Assembly (NCBI GenBank): GCA_963755855.1
Contig: CAVWLR010000009.1
Coordinates: 538,244 to 602,243 of the forward strand
DNA length: 64,000 nt
Reading direction: 5' to 3'
Source: an uncultured Actinomycetes bacterium
GTDB taxonomy: Bacteria > Actinomycetota > Acidimicrobiia > IMCC26256 > DASPTH01
This document shows, one piece after another, positions 1 through 9,706 of the stretch. How positions within the stretch are numbered: position 1 is the stretch's first letter; every line of letters starts with the position of its first letter. The notes under the pieces were generated by a model. It saw only the letters and a program-made list of their open reading frames with translations, was not told the DNA's origin and did no database searches. The translations under genes and the position numbers were made by a program.

Positions 1-315
1 TGCGCACCCGACATCTTCGAGAAGGTCCTCGCCCAGGCCGACGTCGTGATCACCGGCACCGCCGACTGCGGGAGCTGCACCGCGTACAGCGTCTACGACA
101 CCATCGAGCTGGAGAAGGCGGGCCGCCCGTGCGTGGTCGTCACGACCACGCAGTTCGCGCCGATCGCGGCGACGATGGCATCGAGCTTCGGTCTGCCCGA
201 GGCGCGCACGCTCGTGCTCGACCACCCGATCGGTGGCACCGCCCGTGAGACGCTGGAGCAGTGGGCCGACGCTGCGGCCGACCGGCTCGTCACGCTGTTC
301 ACGGGCGGCACCTGA
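1..315 (+). CDS. UGSC-like family protein, 5' partial (continues upstream of the window)
   Basis: Open in frame from base 1 and matches the tail of ORF 46..315. The TGTADCGSCTAY motif resembles the U/C-G-S-C motif of UGSC-family proteins. GC3 is high. Confidence 0.45.
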   Translation, partial: CAPDIFEKVLAQADVVITGTADCGSCTAYSVYDTIELEKAGRPCVVVTTTQFAPIAATMASSFGLPEARTLVLDHPIGGTARETLEQWADAAADRLVTLFTGGT

Positions 316-343
316 CCGACCGGACCCGCCTCTTGGTGCCCGC

Positions 344-1015
344 CTACGAAGCGGACGGAGTCGCCGCCTTGTCCGTCTTGGCGAAGGTGTCCGGCACCGG
401 GTAGTCGCCGAGCACGTAGTTCAGGATCGCCACGTGCTGGGCGTCGATGATCTGGATCGAACCCGCGAGCTGGATCGCGTCCGGGCTCGACAGCTTCGGG
501 ATCGCCGACTGATAGGTCGCCGAGGCGATGGTCTCGAGGTCACGGGCGAGCTCGGCTGCCTTGCCGAAGTCGGTGACCCCGGGCAGTCGCGAGTCGAGGA
601 CACCCTGCAACGTGGGGTCGGGCGAGAGGTTCTCCGACTGACCGCCGGCCACGAGGACGTCGTTCCACTTGCCGAGCTGCAACCGGTGCTGGTCGTACGC
701 GGTCTGTGCGAACTCCGCGCCCGCGGGCGGGACGGCGCCGAGCTTGCCCGCCGTGGCCGCCTCGAGCACGGCCTGGTACGCGTGGAGCGCGACGATCTCG
801 AGGGTCGACGCGAACAGCGCGATCTTGAGGTCGTCGGCCGCCGACTGCGACGGCGCCGCACTCGGAGCTCCGGCGGGCACTGCGACCCGCCCCAACGTGG
901 CGGCACCGGCACTCGAGCCGCTGGTGGTCACGAGGACCCCGGCGGCAGCCGCAGTGGCTCCGGCGGCGGCGAGGAAGCCTCGCCGACTGAACTGGAAGTC
1001 ACGGGGCTCGGTCAT
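344..1015 (-). CDS. Tat-secreted ferritin-like domain protein (DUF4439-like)
   Basis: N-terminus MTEPRDFQFSRRGFLAAAG is a twin-arginine signal. ATG at 1015 is preceded by an AGGAAGG RBS and overlaps the upstream gene by 4 nt (ATGA). The remainder of ORF 344..2014 is antisense shadow. Confidence 0.6.
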   Translation of the reverse strand: MTEPRDFQFSRRGFLAAAGATAAAAGVLVTTSGSSAGAATLGRVAVPAGAPSAAPSQSAADDLKIALFASTLEIVALHAYQAVLEAATAGKLGAVPPAGAEFAQTAYDQHRLQLGKWNDVLVAGGQSENLSPDPTLQGVLDSRLPGVTDFGKAAELARDLETIASATYQSAIPKLSSPDAIQLAGSIQIIDAQHVAILNYVLGDYPVPDTFAKTDKAATPSAS

Positions 1016-1869
1016 TTCACTGCACCTTCCTGCGGAGGACTGGCCATGGTCACGGGTTCGAACGCGTCCGGGAACGCAACGCTGCCCGCGGCTGCGGGGA
1101 GCATGGCCACGTCGGTCGGGATCGCGATCAACGCTTCGCCGCCACCGGCGAGCAGCGCACCCACTGCCCGGAGCGTCGCCAGGTGCTGGCACTCCACTCC
1201 CATGACACTGGCGAAGAGCTCCTTCGACGTGCTGTCGGAGAGCTGCGCGAGGTCGTTGAGGTAGGTCTCGGTCGCCACCGTCTCGAGGGCCGTCGCCAGC
1301 TTGACGACGTCGGCCGGAGTCTTCAGGTTCGGCTTCGTCTGGTTGACGACCGTCAGGTACTTCGGGTTGGGCTTCGTCTGCTTCTTGCCACCCAACGTCT
1401 TCGTCTGGGCCTGGAACGCCTGACGGTGCTCGTCGTGCTGCATGCGCGTCGTCTGCGCGAACTTCTTGACGACGGCGTTGCCGTTCTTGATGAACGGCAG
1501 GGTCAGCGCGGCGCCGTACGTGGCCACCGCGAGGACCTCGAGCGACGATGCCGTCTGCAGCATCTGCACGTCGAGCTTCTTGTCGGCGACCGCCGGAGTC
1601 GCGAGCAGCGCTGCGAGCATCGCACCGATGCCGCCGGCCATCGCACCCTTCTTCAACAGGCCGAAGTCCGTGCTTCCCAGCTCGCTCACGAGCTCGTGAC
1701 GGCTGTCGTCGAGACGCGCGGCGTCCGTCGGATCGACTTCGTCGTTCCTGGTGTCCGAGGCGTGGTCGGCGAGATCCGGCAACGTCGCCTCGTGCACGCG
1801 CATCGCGTCCGCGTGCAGATCCCCGGACTCCTCCAGCAATTCGTGGAGTCCCTGTTCGTCGAGTGACAT
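1012..1869 (-). CDS. ferritin-like domain protein, paralog of the downstream gene
   Basis: Starts MSLDEQGLHELLEE at 1869 with a GAGAGG RBS. The C-terminal ferritin-like region (LEVLAVATYGAAL, VMGVECQHLATL) is similar to the neighbour. It is the lower part of shadow ORF 1012..2712. Confidence 0.55.
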   Translation of the reverse strand: MSLDEQGLHELLEESGDLHADAMRVHEATLPDLADHASDTRNDEVDPTDAARLDDSRHELVSELGSTDFGLLKKGAMAGGIGAMLAALLATPAVADKKLDVQMLQTASSLEVLAVATYGAALTLPFIKNGNAVVKKFAQTTRMQHDEHRQAFQAQTKTLGGKKQTKPNPKYLTVVNQTKPNLKTPADVVKLATALETVATETYLNDLAQLSDSTSKELFASVMGVECQHLATLRAVGALLAGGGEALIAIPTDVAMLPAAAGSVAFPDAFEPVTMASPPQEGAVK

Positions 1870-2028
1870 CCCGGGTACCTCTCTCTGATCGTCGGTGCTC
1901 GTCAACGACGAGCGTGAACGCCAGCCCTCCCGTGCCCCGGTCGTCTTCTGGTTGTCGGGAGGTGTTCGGCACCGGGTGCGCCGTGGATGGACCTGCAGCA
2001 CCGGGGCGGGGCACCGTAGGCTCGCGGC

Positions 2029-2661
2029 GTGGGCTACTGGACGGATCGGGTGGTGCCGCGCGTCACCGACAAGATGCTGTCGAACGACGACGTGATGCAG
2101 CACCGGGCGAAGATCACCGAGGGGCTGCACGGCGACGTCGTCGAGATCGGCTTCGGCTCCGGACTCAACCTGCCGTCGTATCCCGAGTCGGTCACCACGG
2201 TGTACGCGATCGAGCCGTCGCTCGTCGCGCGCGACCTCGCAGCGGCGCGCGTCGACGACTCGCCGGTCGACGTCCGCTTCGTCGGGCTGGACGGCGAGTC
2301 GCTGCCCCTCGACGACGCATCGGTCGACACCGCGTTGAGCACCTTCACCTTGTGCACGATCCCCGACGCGGCGCGCGCACTGCGCGAGGTGCGTCGCGTG
2401 CTCAAGCCCGGCGGCACGTTCCACTTCCTGGAGCACGGCCTGTGCCCGGAGCCGGGCGTCGCGCAGTGGCAGCACCGGCTCAACCCCGTGCAGCGGCGCG
2501 TCTGCGGTGGTTGCCACCTCGACCGTCCGGTCGAGCAGCTCGTGCGCGACGCCGGGTTCGAGATCACCCGGCTCGACCACGACCTGCTCGCGGGACCGAA
2601 GGTGATGCGACCGTGGTCGTACCTCTACGAGGGCGTGGCGACCCGCGAGGAGGCGGCGTGA
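2029..2661 (+). CDS. class I SAM-dependent methyltransferase (Methyltransf_11-like)
   Basis: Motifs VVEIGFGSG and VLKPGGTFHFLEH. GTG start at 2029. Confidence 0.8.
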   Translation: MGYWTDRVVPRVTDKMLSNDDVMQHRAKITEGLHGDVVEIGFGSGLNLPSYPESVTTVYAIEPSLVARDLAAARVDDSPVDVRFVGLDGESLPLDDASVDTALSTFTLCTIPDAARALREVRRVLKPGGTFHFLEHGLCPEPGVAQWQHRLNPVQRRVCGGCHLDRPVEQLVRDAGFEITRLDHDLLAGPKVMRPWSYLYEGVATREEAA

Positions 2662-3221
2662 GCGAGCGCGAACGCGAACGCGAACGCGAGGGCGAGGAAG
2701 CCGCCGGACCACGCTGGCTCGACCCCGACGAGCGTCGCATCTGGCTGGGGTGGGTGTTCACGTCGCGACTGCTGTGGGAGGAGATCGAACGAGACCTGCA
2801 GCGCGACTCCGGGCTGTCGTTCGGTCACTACGAGATCCTGGTGATGCTCTCGGAGAAGCCCGACCGGTCGCGCCGCATGAGCGACCTCGCCGACGCGACG
2901 CAGTCGTCGCGGAGCCGGCTCTCGCACGCGGTCGCGCGACTCGAGGAGCTCGGATGGGTGCGACGTGAGACGTGCCCCACCGATCGGCGCGGCCAGGTCG
3001 CGGTGCTCACCGACGAGGGCTTCGCCGCGCTCGAGGCCGCGGCGCCGATGCACGTGGAGAGCGTTCGCCGCCACTTCTTCGACCTGCTGTCGTCCGAGGA
3101 GCGCACCGAGCTGCACGACGTCCAGATGACGCTCCTCGACCACCTGCTCCCGATGGCCAACGCGCGCGGCGACGTGCGCTCGAAGCTCCTCGAAGAAGCC
3201 CGTGCGCAGCTCGACGGCTGA
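2658..3221 (+). CDS. MarR family transcriptional regulator
   Basis: GTG start overlaps the methyltransferase stop (GTGA). Winged-helix core: HYEILVMLSEKPDRSRRMSDLADATQSSRSRLSHAVARLEELGWVRR. Confidence 0.8.
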   Translation: MSEREREREREGEEAAGPRWLDPDERRIWLGWVFTSRLLWEEIERDLQRDSGLSFGHYEILVMLSEKPDRSRRMSDLADATQSSRSRLSHAVARLEELGWVRRETCPTDRRGQVAVLTDEGFAALEAAAPMHVESVRRHFFDLLSSEERTELHDVQMTLLDHLLPMANARGDVRSKLLEEARAQLDG

Positions 3222-3236
3222 ACCGGCCTGACGCCG

Positions 3237-4457
3237 GTGCGCATTCGGAGCGGGGGGCTGCTCCCCTACTGCATCGTCGCCGGGAGCATGTCGCTCGGGT
3301 ACGGGTCGATCTACACGTTGCTCGCCGACCTGCGCGACCGCTACGGGTTCACCGAGGCCCAGCTCGGTTACATCGTCGCCGCCGGGTTCCTCGCCGGCTT
3401 CGTCACGCAGCTCGCGCTCGCCCGCCTCGCCGACCGCGGCTACGCGCCGCTGCTGGTGCACGGCGGGATCGTGCTCGCCATGGGGGCGATGATCGGCAGC
3501 GCCCTGGCCACCGAGTTCTGGGCGTTCCTCGTGGCGCGGCTCCTGCTCGGTCTCGGCAGCGGCGCGGTCGGACCGGCGATCCGGCGCATCGTCATCACGC
3601 GCGACCCCGACGCAGTGGGGGCCAACCTCGGACGCCTCGCCGCGTTCGACGTCGCCGGCTTCATGCTCGGGCCCCTCGTGGCCGCGGTCGTGGCCGAGGC
3701 GTTCGGCATCCGCGCCCCGTTCCTGTTCCTCGCGGTGGTGTTCGTCGGCGTGCTCGCGCTCGCCGTGCGCCTCGACCTCACCACCGGCGTCGCCGGCGCG
3801 GGCGGCGGCCGGGCGCTGCGATCCCTGCTCGTGCGGCCTGCGATCCAGGCGACGCTCGCGGCGAGCATCGCGTTCTACCTGACCGTCGGGATGTTCGAGG
3901 CGATCTGGGCGGTGTTGCTGCGCGACCACGGCGCCGAGACGTGGCTCATCGGGCTCACCCTGTCGATGTTCACGCTCCCCATGATCTTCCTCGCGCCGAT
4001 CGGCGGACGGAAGGCGCAGTCCCGCGGACCGTTGCGGGTCGTCGCGGTCAGCCTCACCGTGGCGACCGTCTGCACCTTCTCGTACGGCGTGCTGCCGAGC
4101 CTGTGGATGCTGCTGGCGGTGTCGCTGGTGCACGCGGTCGCCGACTCGTTCACCATGCCGAGCAACCAGGTGGCCGCCGCGCTCGGGAGCCCACCCGAGC
4201 ACCTCTCGGCGGCGCAGGGGCTCCTCGGGGCCACCGGACTCGCGGCCGCGGGCCTCACCGGGCTGGTCGCGGGGTTCGTGTACGAAGAGGCGGGCCGCTT
4301 CGCCGTCTGCACCGGCACCGCCGCCCTCATGCTCGTGTTCCTCGGGATCGCGCTCACCCTCGGCCGGCGCGACCTCGCCGACACGCCCGAGATGGTGGGC
4401 ACCGACGCGCCGCTCGCCCCCGACGCCATCGGCAGTGGCGTCCCCGACCTTCCCTGA
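3237..4457 (+). CDS. MFS transporter
   Basis: 406 aa and polytopic, with an MFS-type G-x-LaDRxG motif (LALARLADRGY). Confidence 0.8.
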   Translation: MRIRSGGLLPYCIVAGSMSLGYGSIYTLLADLRDRYGFTEAQLGYIVAAGFLAGFVTQLALARLADRGYAPLLVHGGIVLAMGAMIGSALATEFWAFLVARLLLGLGSGAVGPAIRRIVITRDPDAVGANLGRLAAFDVAGFMLGPLVAAVVAEAFGIRAPFLFLAVVFVGVLALAVRLDLTTGVAGAGGGRALRSLLVRPAIQATLAASIAFYLTVGMFEAIWAVLLRDHGAETWLIGLTLSMFTLPMIFLAPIGGRKAQSRGPLRVVAVSLTVATVCTFSYGVLPSLWMLLAVSLVHAVADSFTMPSNQVAAALGSPPEHLSAAQGLLGATGLAAAGLTGLVAGFVYEEAGRFAVCTGTAALMLVFLGIALTLGRRDLADTPEMVGTDAPLAPDAIGSGVPDLP

Positions 4458-4468
4458 GGAGTCGTCCC

Positions 4469-5635
4469 GTGGCCAACCCCATCGGTCCCCTGCTGCCCGC
4501 CGACGAGCAGTTCACCCACCAGGTGGTCGAGACGTTCGCGACCGTCGGCAGCACCGATCCGTCGTGGACGGAGAAGGTGTGTGCGATGGCCGCGGCGCGC
4601 GACGGCTCGCTGCAACTCGGGTTCGGGCTCGGCAAGTACACGAACCGCAACGTGATGGACGCGTACTCGGGCGTGTCGCGCGGCGTCGAGCAGCTCACGG
4701 TGCGCGCCAGCCGTCGCCTCCAGCCCGACCCCGAGCGCACCGTGATCGGCCCGATCAGCTACGAGGTGCTCGATCCCCTGCGCACGATCCGCTTCTCACT
4801 CGACGCCAACGAGTGCCAGCCCATCGCCTTCGACTGGGTGTTCGACGCGATGGTGCCGCCGCACGTCGAGGAGCGCACGCACACCCGCGACAACTACCGG
4901 GTGTCGGCCGAGCTCGTGCGCTACCACCAGACCGGTGTGGCGCGCGGCTGGGTCGAGATCGACGGCGAGCGCACCGAGGTCACCCCCGAGACGTGGGTGT
5001 CGACGCGCGACCACTCGTGGGGCGTGCGCTACGGCGTCGGGGTTCCGCTCCCCGACCTGGCACCCGGTGGCGCGTCGGCGATCTCCGAGGGCGCGTCGTT
5101 CGAGTTCCTCTGGAGCCCCGTCCTCATGCAGCGCCCCGACGGCTCGCACTACGCGCTGTGGCTCGAGTGGTCACGCGTGCGCGCGCCCGGGTTCTCACGC
5201 GAGGAGGCGCACGGGGCGGTCGAGCATCCCGACGGCCGGATCGAGGCGATCGTGGGCATCGCGCCCGAGATGACGTACGACCCGGCGAACCGGCGACTGC
5301 TCGGCGGGCGCGTCACCGTGACCCTGGCCGACGGCACGACGCGGCCGTTGGGGGTCGAGGTGGTCTCCGACACCGGCTTCCACCTCGGGGCCGGCCTCTA
5401 CTTCGGGTTCGACGGCCACTTCCACGGCGAGTGGCGCGGCGACCTCGTCGTCGACGGTGAGCGCATCGCCGACTGCTCGACCGCCGAGCAGGCGCGCCGC
5501 CTGCACCAGCTCCGCGACACCGTGATCCACGTGACCGACCCGGTCGGCGGCGGCGAGGGCTGGGGCAACATGCAGCCGATCATCACCGGCGACCACCCCG
5601 CGCTCGGACTCGACGGCGCGACGTCGTTCATGTAG
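4469..5635 (+). CDS. hypothetical protein (388 aa), co-operonic with MarR-MFS
   Basis: GTG start 8 nt after a GAGGA RBS and 12 nt after the MFS stop. Long open frame with high GC3. I do not recognise the family. Confidence 0.5.
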   Translation: MANPIGPLLPADEQFTHQVVETFATVGSTDPSWTEKVCAMAAARDGSLQLGFGLGKYTNRNVMDAYSGVSRGVEQLTVRASRRLQPDPERTVIGPISYEVLDPLRTIRFSLDANECQPIAFDWVFDAMVPPHVEERTHTRDNYRVSAELVRYHQTGVARGWVEIDGERTEVTPETWVSTRDHSWGVRYGVGVPLPDLAPGGASAISEGASFEFLWSPVLMQRPDGSHYALWLEWSRVRAPGFSREEAHGAVEHPDGRIEAIVGIAPEMTYDPANRRLLGGRVTVTLADGTTRPLGVEVVSDTGFHLGAGLYFGFDGHFHGEWRGDLVVDGERIADCSTAEQARRLHQLRDTVIHVTDPVGGGEGWGNMQPIITGDHPALGLDGATSFM

Positions 5636-5697
5636 TCCGGCGTCCGTCGAAGCCACGCGGGTCGGAACGTGTGCGTGCCGGACCGCGCGGTTTCGGC

Positions 5698-6618
5698 CTA
5701 CGTCCGTGCAGCGAGCGCGGCGGTGAGGGCGGGGACCTCGGTGAGGCAGCGCAGCATGTCGTTGAGGTGCGTGCACGCCTGGAGCTCGGTGAGCGTGGTC
5801 TGCACGTCGGTGCGGAAGCTGTCGATCGGGCGGCCGACCAGGAGCACCACGTGCTCCGGTGCCCACTGGCACTCGAGGAACGGCAGCACGCGCGGCGTGG
5901 CGCGCACCGCGAGCAACGTGAGGTCGGTGGCGTCGACGGTGGCGACGACGTTGTACTCGTGCAGCGCCATCTCGGTGCCGTCGGGCTCCCAGTAGCTGTC
6001 GCGGAAGAACGAGTCGATCTCGAGGACGCCGTCGACGGGCGTGACGTCGACCCGACGGTGGCGCCGCATGCTCACCACCGGGCGTTCGGGGAACTCGTGC
6101 CACGCCAGTGCGTCGTCGTCGGTGACCAGCGCACCTGCGGTGCGGATCGCGTGCGCCGACTCGGTCTCGCCGGAGAAGGCCTGCTGCGCGGTGCCGCCGG
6201 GTCGCAGTCCGGAGCAGATGATCTTGCCCTTGCGCTGCCCGAAGCCCGACGGGGCCTGCTGCCGCCGGGCGGCGAACTCCGCGGGGTCCATGTGCCGGGT
6301 CCACACGAAGCCGGCGATGAGGCTCGTGCCGGCGATGTCGTCGAGGAGCACGTGCAATGGGGTGGCCGCTTCGCGTTCACCCGGGAGCACCTCGTCGATG
6401 GCACCGCGGAGGTACGTGCCGCCCTGCGCGCCGACGAGGCCCTCGATGCCCGGTCGCGCGGGCGTGGCCTCGATCGCGGTGATGCGGCGCTCCGGGTCGA
6501 CGACCGCGTGCATGGCCGCTTCGTCGACGACGACGGCCGCGCCGGCGTGCGTCGTGACGAGGTCGCGCGAGCGACCGAGGAGGTGGAGCGACGTGCCGAC
6601 GCCGTCGGGCCACACCAT
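5698..6618 (-). CDS. DUF2889 domain protein
   Basis: The C-terminal 307 aa of ORF 5698..7938 resemble DUF2889 (MALHEYNVVATVDATDLTLLAVRATPRVLPFLECQWAPEHVV). The upstream part of that ORF is shadow. Confidence 0.55.
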   Translation of the reverse strand: MVWPDGVGTSLHLLGRSRDLVTTHAGAAVVVDEAAMHAVVDPERRITAIEATPARPGIEGLVGAQGGTYLRGAIDEVLPGEREAATPLHVLLDDIAGTSLIAGFVWTRHMDPAEFAARRQQAPSGFGQRKGKIICSGLRPGGTAQQAFSGETESAHAIRTAGALVTDDDALAWHEFPERPVVSMRRHRRVDVTPVDGVLEIDSFFRDSYWEPDGTEMALHEYNVVATVDATDLTLLAVRATPRVLPFLECQWAPEHVVLLVGRPIDSFRTDVQTTLTELQACTHLNDMLRCLTEVPALTAALAART

Positions 6619-6810
6619 GTCGAGGCTCGACGTGCGCCGCACGGAACCGGGACGACGCGCGGGTGTGCCGCTCTGCGAGTCGTCGAGTGGCTCCGGCAAC
6701 TGGCGGGGCGAGACGCCGATCGAGACGCCGCTCGGGAGGCTGGTGTCGGTCACCGGGTCACTGTACGAGCAGTCCGGCGCGACCGACCACGGCGGCGGTA
6801 CCGTCCGCGC

Positions 6811-7476
6811 ATGGACGACCTGCTCGCGCCGTACCAGCGGACCCGCGCACGCGTGTCGACGTTGCTGCTCGACGCGTCGGCCGACGAGCTCGCCCGCACC
6901 GTGCCCGCGTGCCCGGCGTGGTCGGTGCACGACCTCGCCGCACACCTGGTCGGCATCCCGGCCGCGCTCGCGATCGGTCGACTTCCCGACGGCGATCTCG
7001 GCGGGTGGCTGCAGGCGCTCGTCGACGAACGCCGCGACGACGACATCGCGTCGCAGGTCGCAGAGTGGCGCGCGCTCGACGACGCGCTCGCGCCCATGCT
7101 CGCGGGAGGCGGCGCGCTGCTGTTCGCCGACCTCGCCGTGCACGAGCACGACCTGCGCGGTGCGCTCGACCGCGCCGACCACGACGCGCTCGAGGTCGAC
7201 GTGATGTTGCCGCGCACGTTGGCGGCGTTCTCCCGTCCGCTGCGCGACGCGGAGCTCGGCGCGATCGTGGTGGAGCACGACGGGCGCTCGTGGCGGACTC
7301 ACGACGGCGACGTCGGCTGGACGTGGCGCGTCGATCCGTGGGAAGCGGTGCGCGCGGCGAACAGCCGCCGCACCGCCGACGAGCTGCGCACGCTCCCCGG
7401 TCGGGGCGACGCCGAGCCCTACCTGGCGATCCTCGACGCCCACTTGCCGCTGCCCGCGCACTCTCTCGGCGAGTGA
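6811..7476 (+). CDS. maleylpyruvate isomerase family mycothiol-dependent enzyme (DinB_2-like, TIGR03083-like)
   Basis: MDDLLAPYQRTRARVSTLLLDASADELARTVPACPAWSVHDLAAHLVG is the typical N-terminus of this family. ATG at 6811. Confidence 0.7.
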   Translation: MDDLLAPYQRTRARVSTLLLDASADELARTVPACPAWSVHDLAAHLVGIPAALAIGRLPDGDLGGWLQALVDERRDDDIASQVAEWRALDDALAPMLAGGGALLFADLAVHEHDLRGALDRADHDALEVDVMLPRTLAAFSRPLRDAELGAIVVEHDGRSWRTHDGDVGWTWRVDPWEAVRAANSRRTADELRTLPGRGDAEPYLAILDAHLPLPAHSLGE

Positions 7477-7510
7477 CGGCTCGACGAGTGACGGCTGGGC
7501 GAGGAGAGCC

Positions 7511-8200
7511 TCAGGGCGTGAGCACCCACTCGAGCCCGCCGGAGAGGTGGCGCAGGTAGTCGGGGCTCTCCCACGCACCCGGGAAGTGACCGAGGCTGCT
7601 CGAGAACACCCGGCCCTTGCCTTCGGCGAAGCACCACGAGAGCGGGTAGCCGAACCCCGGCGGGCGCGCCCCGGACACCCCGAGGTCGAGCTCGCCGTCG
7701 CGCACCCGGAGGAGGACCTGCGCGTCGAGACGCAGGTCGCGGAACTGGTACACCTCGTCGTGCCACTCCCATGACGCGCCGAGGTGCGCGCACGCGGGGT
7801 GCGACTTCTCGACCACGTCGGCGGTGAACGACTGCGTCCACGGATGGCCGTCGAAGCGGGCGCCGACGAGCGCGCCGTACTCGTCCCAGCCGTAGCACGC
7901 ATCGGTCGCCGAGTGGATGGCGAGCACCGACAGTGCACCCGCGCGCACCCGCTGCAGGATCAACGCCCGCTGCGAGGCGCTCCACGGTGTCTCGCCGATC
8001 GTGAACAGGGCGAGCACGCGCGCGTTGCGGATGCCGGCGTCGGGAAGCGTGCGCACGTCGGTGACGCGGAGCGGTTCGACCCCGTGGAGATCGGCGATCT
8101 GCGCCACCCCGACCGCGGCCTGGTCGAGCACACCGTGCACGCCGGCGGGACCGTCGGCGTACGGCGCCACCTGGCTCACGAACAGGAGCGAGTCACCCAC
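7511..8200 (-). CDS. ThuA domain protein
   Basis: LLFVSQVAPYADGPAGVHGVL...ARVLALFTIGETPW matches the ThuA N-terminal pattern. GTG start. Confidence 0.7.
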   Translation of the reverse strand: MGDSLLFVSQVAPYADGPAGVHGVLDQAAVGVAQIADLHGVEPLRVTDVRTLPDAGIRNARVLALFTIGETPWSASQRALILQRVRAGALSVLAIHSATDACYGWDEYGALVGARFDGHPWTQSFTADVVEKSHPACAHLGASWEWHDEVYQFRDLRLDAQVLLRVRDGELDLGVSGARPPGFGYPLSWCFAEGKGRVFSSSLGHFPGAWESPDYLRHLSGGLEWVLTP

Positions 8201-8608
8201 GTCGGCAACCTACCGCTCTGCTGCCCGACGGGTCGTCCGTCCGTGGACCGGGAGCAGACCGGGACCAGACCGGGAGACGGCGTCGAGTCCGGGCGACGCT
8301 CCCGAACGGGCAGGGTGTGGATGCGCCACCTGCTCTCGGCGTCCACGAAGGACGGAGCACGCCAGTTGACCGAGGTCACTGCCATCGTTTCGCCTTCCTG
8401 CCTGCCACGGCTCGTCGAGCCTGGAAAGGCGGCAACCGGATGGCTGCGGCTGTCACTGGGGACCGTGTTCCGGTACCCACGTTCCGTGAAGAGGAAACCG
8501 CTCTCCGTGAGCAGATCGCCGGACCGTGGAGCGCCGGGGCCGGTGCCCTCATGCGGAAATGGGCGACGGCTGGAGCGCAGCCGACGAGCGAAGAGGGTCG
8601 GCGCGGAC

Positions 8609-8683
8609 ATCCGGTGACTGGAGGCGGCGGCGGGAATCGAACCCGCGTAAAAGGTTTTGCAGACCTCTGCCTGAGCCACTCGG
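8609..8683 (-). tRNA. tRNA-Cys (anticodon GCA)
   Basis: The reverse complement folds as a cloverleaf: acceptor GGCGGCG/CGCCGCC, anticodon loop CUGCAAA, T-arm GCGGG-TTCGATT-CCCGC, encoded CCA. Coordinates are within about 2 nt. Confidence 0.85.
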
Positions 8684-8767
8684 CTACGCCGCCACGACCG
8701 TGCGTGACACACGGCGGACGCCGAGGTTACCGCTTCACCTGTGCCGCTCCCGCGCCGAAACAGCGTC

Positions 8768-9706
8768 ATGGCACCGGACACCGGCCCTGCCGTCGCGCTC
8801 TCGGGCGTCAGGCGGAGCTTCGGCAACGTCGTCGCGGTCGACGACCTGACCTTCGAGGTCCCGCGCGGCACGGTGACGGTCCTGTTGGGGCCCAACGGCG
8901 CCGGCAAGACGACCGTGGTGCGCCTGGTGACCGGCGCCCTGCACAGCCACGCCGGCGCGGTCCGCACCCTCGGGCTCGATCCTGATCGCGACGACGAGGG
9001 CACCGAGGTCCGCCGCCGCTGCGGAGTCGTTCCCGCCCGTCCGGCGCTCTACGACCGCCTGTCGGGCACCGACAACCTCGCCTACGCGGCGGCGCTGTTC
9101 CAGGTCGAGCCGCGGGCGGTCGACGCGCGCATCGCCGAGGCGGCGGAGCGGTTCGGCATCGCCGACGCCCTCGACCAGAGGGTCGGCGGCTACTCGACCG
9201 GGATGCGCGCCCGGCTGGCGCTGGCCCGGGCGGTGTTGCACGAACCCGACCTCCTGCTCCTCGACGAGCCCACCGCCGGCCTCGACCCGGAGTCGGCCCG
9301 CACCGTGCTCGGCCTCATCGACGAGATGGCCGAGGGCGGCAAGACCGTCCTCATGTGCACGCACCTCCTCCTGGAGGCCGAAGGGCTCGCCGACCAGGTG
9401 ATCGTCATGGATCACGGGCGGGCGATGATCTCCGGCTCACCGCACGAGCTCACCCGTCAGTTCTGGCCCGCGGCGCGCGTCGTGATCGACGCCGACGATC
9501 CCGCGTTGCTCGACAACGCGCAGAGCCTCCCGTTCGTGCGCTCGTACCACCGCAACGGCGTCGCGACCGTCGAGCTCGACAACGAGAGCGACGTCCCCGA
9601 TCTCGTCGACGCCCTCGTCGGCGCCGGGGCGCGCCTCACGCGCGTCGAGCCCCAGGCCCCGAGCCTCGAAGAGCTGTACTTCGCCATCCGCCGGGAGCAC
9701 TCGTGA
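8768..9706 (+). CDS. ABC transporter ATP-binding protein
   Basis: Walker A GPNGAGKTT, signature YSTGMRARL, Walker B LLLDEPTAGLD. Confidence 0.85.
   Translation: MAPDTGPAVALSGVRRSFGNVVAVDDLTFEVPRGTVTVLLGPNGAGKTTVVRLVTGALHSHAGAVRTLGLDPDRDDEGTEVRRRCGVVPARPALYDRLSGTDNLAYAAALFQVEPRAVDARIAEAAERFGIADALDQRVGGYSTGMRARLALARAVLHEPDLLLLDEPTAGLDPESARTVLGLIDEMAEGGKTVLMCTHLLLEAEGLADQVIVMDHGRAMISGSPHELTRQFWPAARVVIDADDPALLDNAQSLPFVRSYHRNGVATVELDNESDVPDLVDALVGAGARLTRVEPQAPSLEELYFAIRREHS

Noticed and set aside
344-2014. Very long ORFs on the opposite strand of, or extending well beyond, recognised genes. Examples: 344..2014, 2625..4202, 5671..7476 N-terminal part, 10596..12281, 14106..15374, 18194..20475, 35950..38037, 45951..47603, 49825..51951 upper part, 53586..56087.
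   Set aside because: Their translations are Arg/Ala/Pro/Gly-rich low-complexity typical of antisense or out-of-frame reading in 72% GC DNA. They overlap genes with clear family matches on the other strand or frame.
8609-8683. tRNA-Cys as the attachment site of an integrated element
   Set aside because: No integrase, direct repeat of the tRNA 3' end, or foreign-looking gene content nearby. Flanking genes are ordinary metabolic or transport genes.
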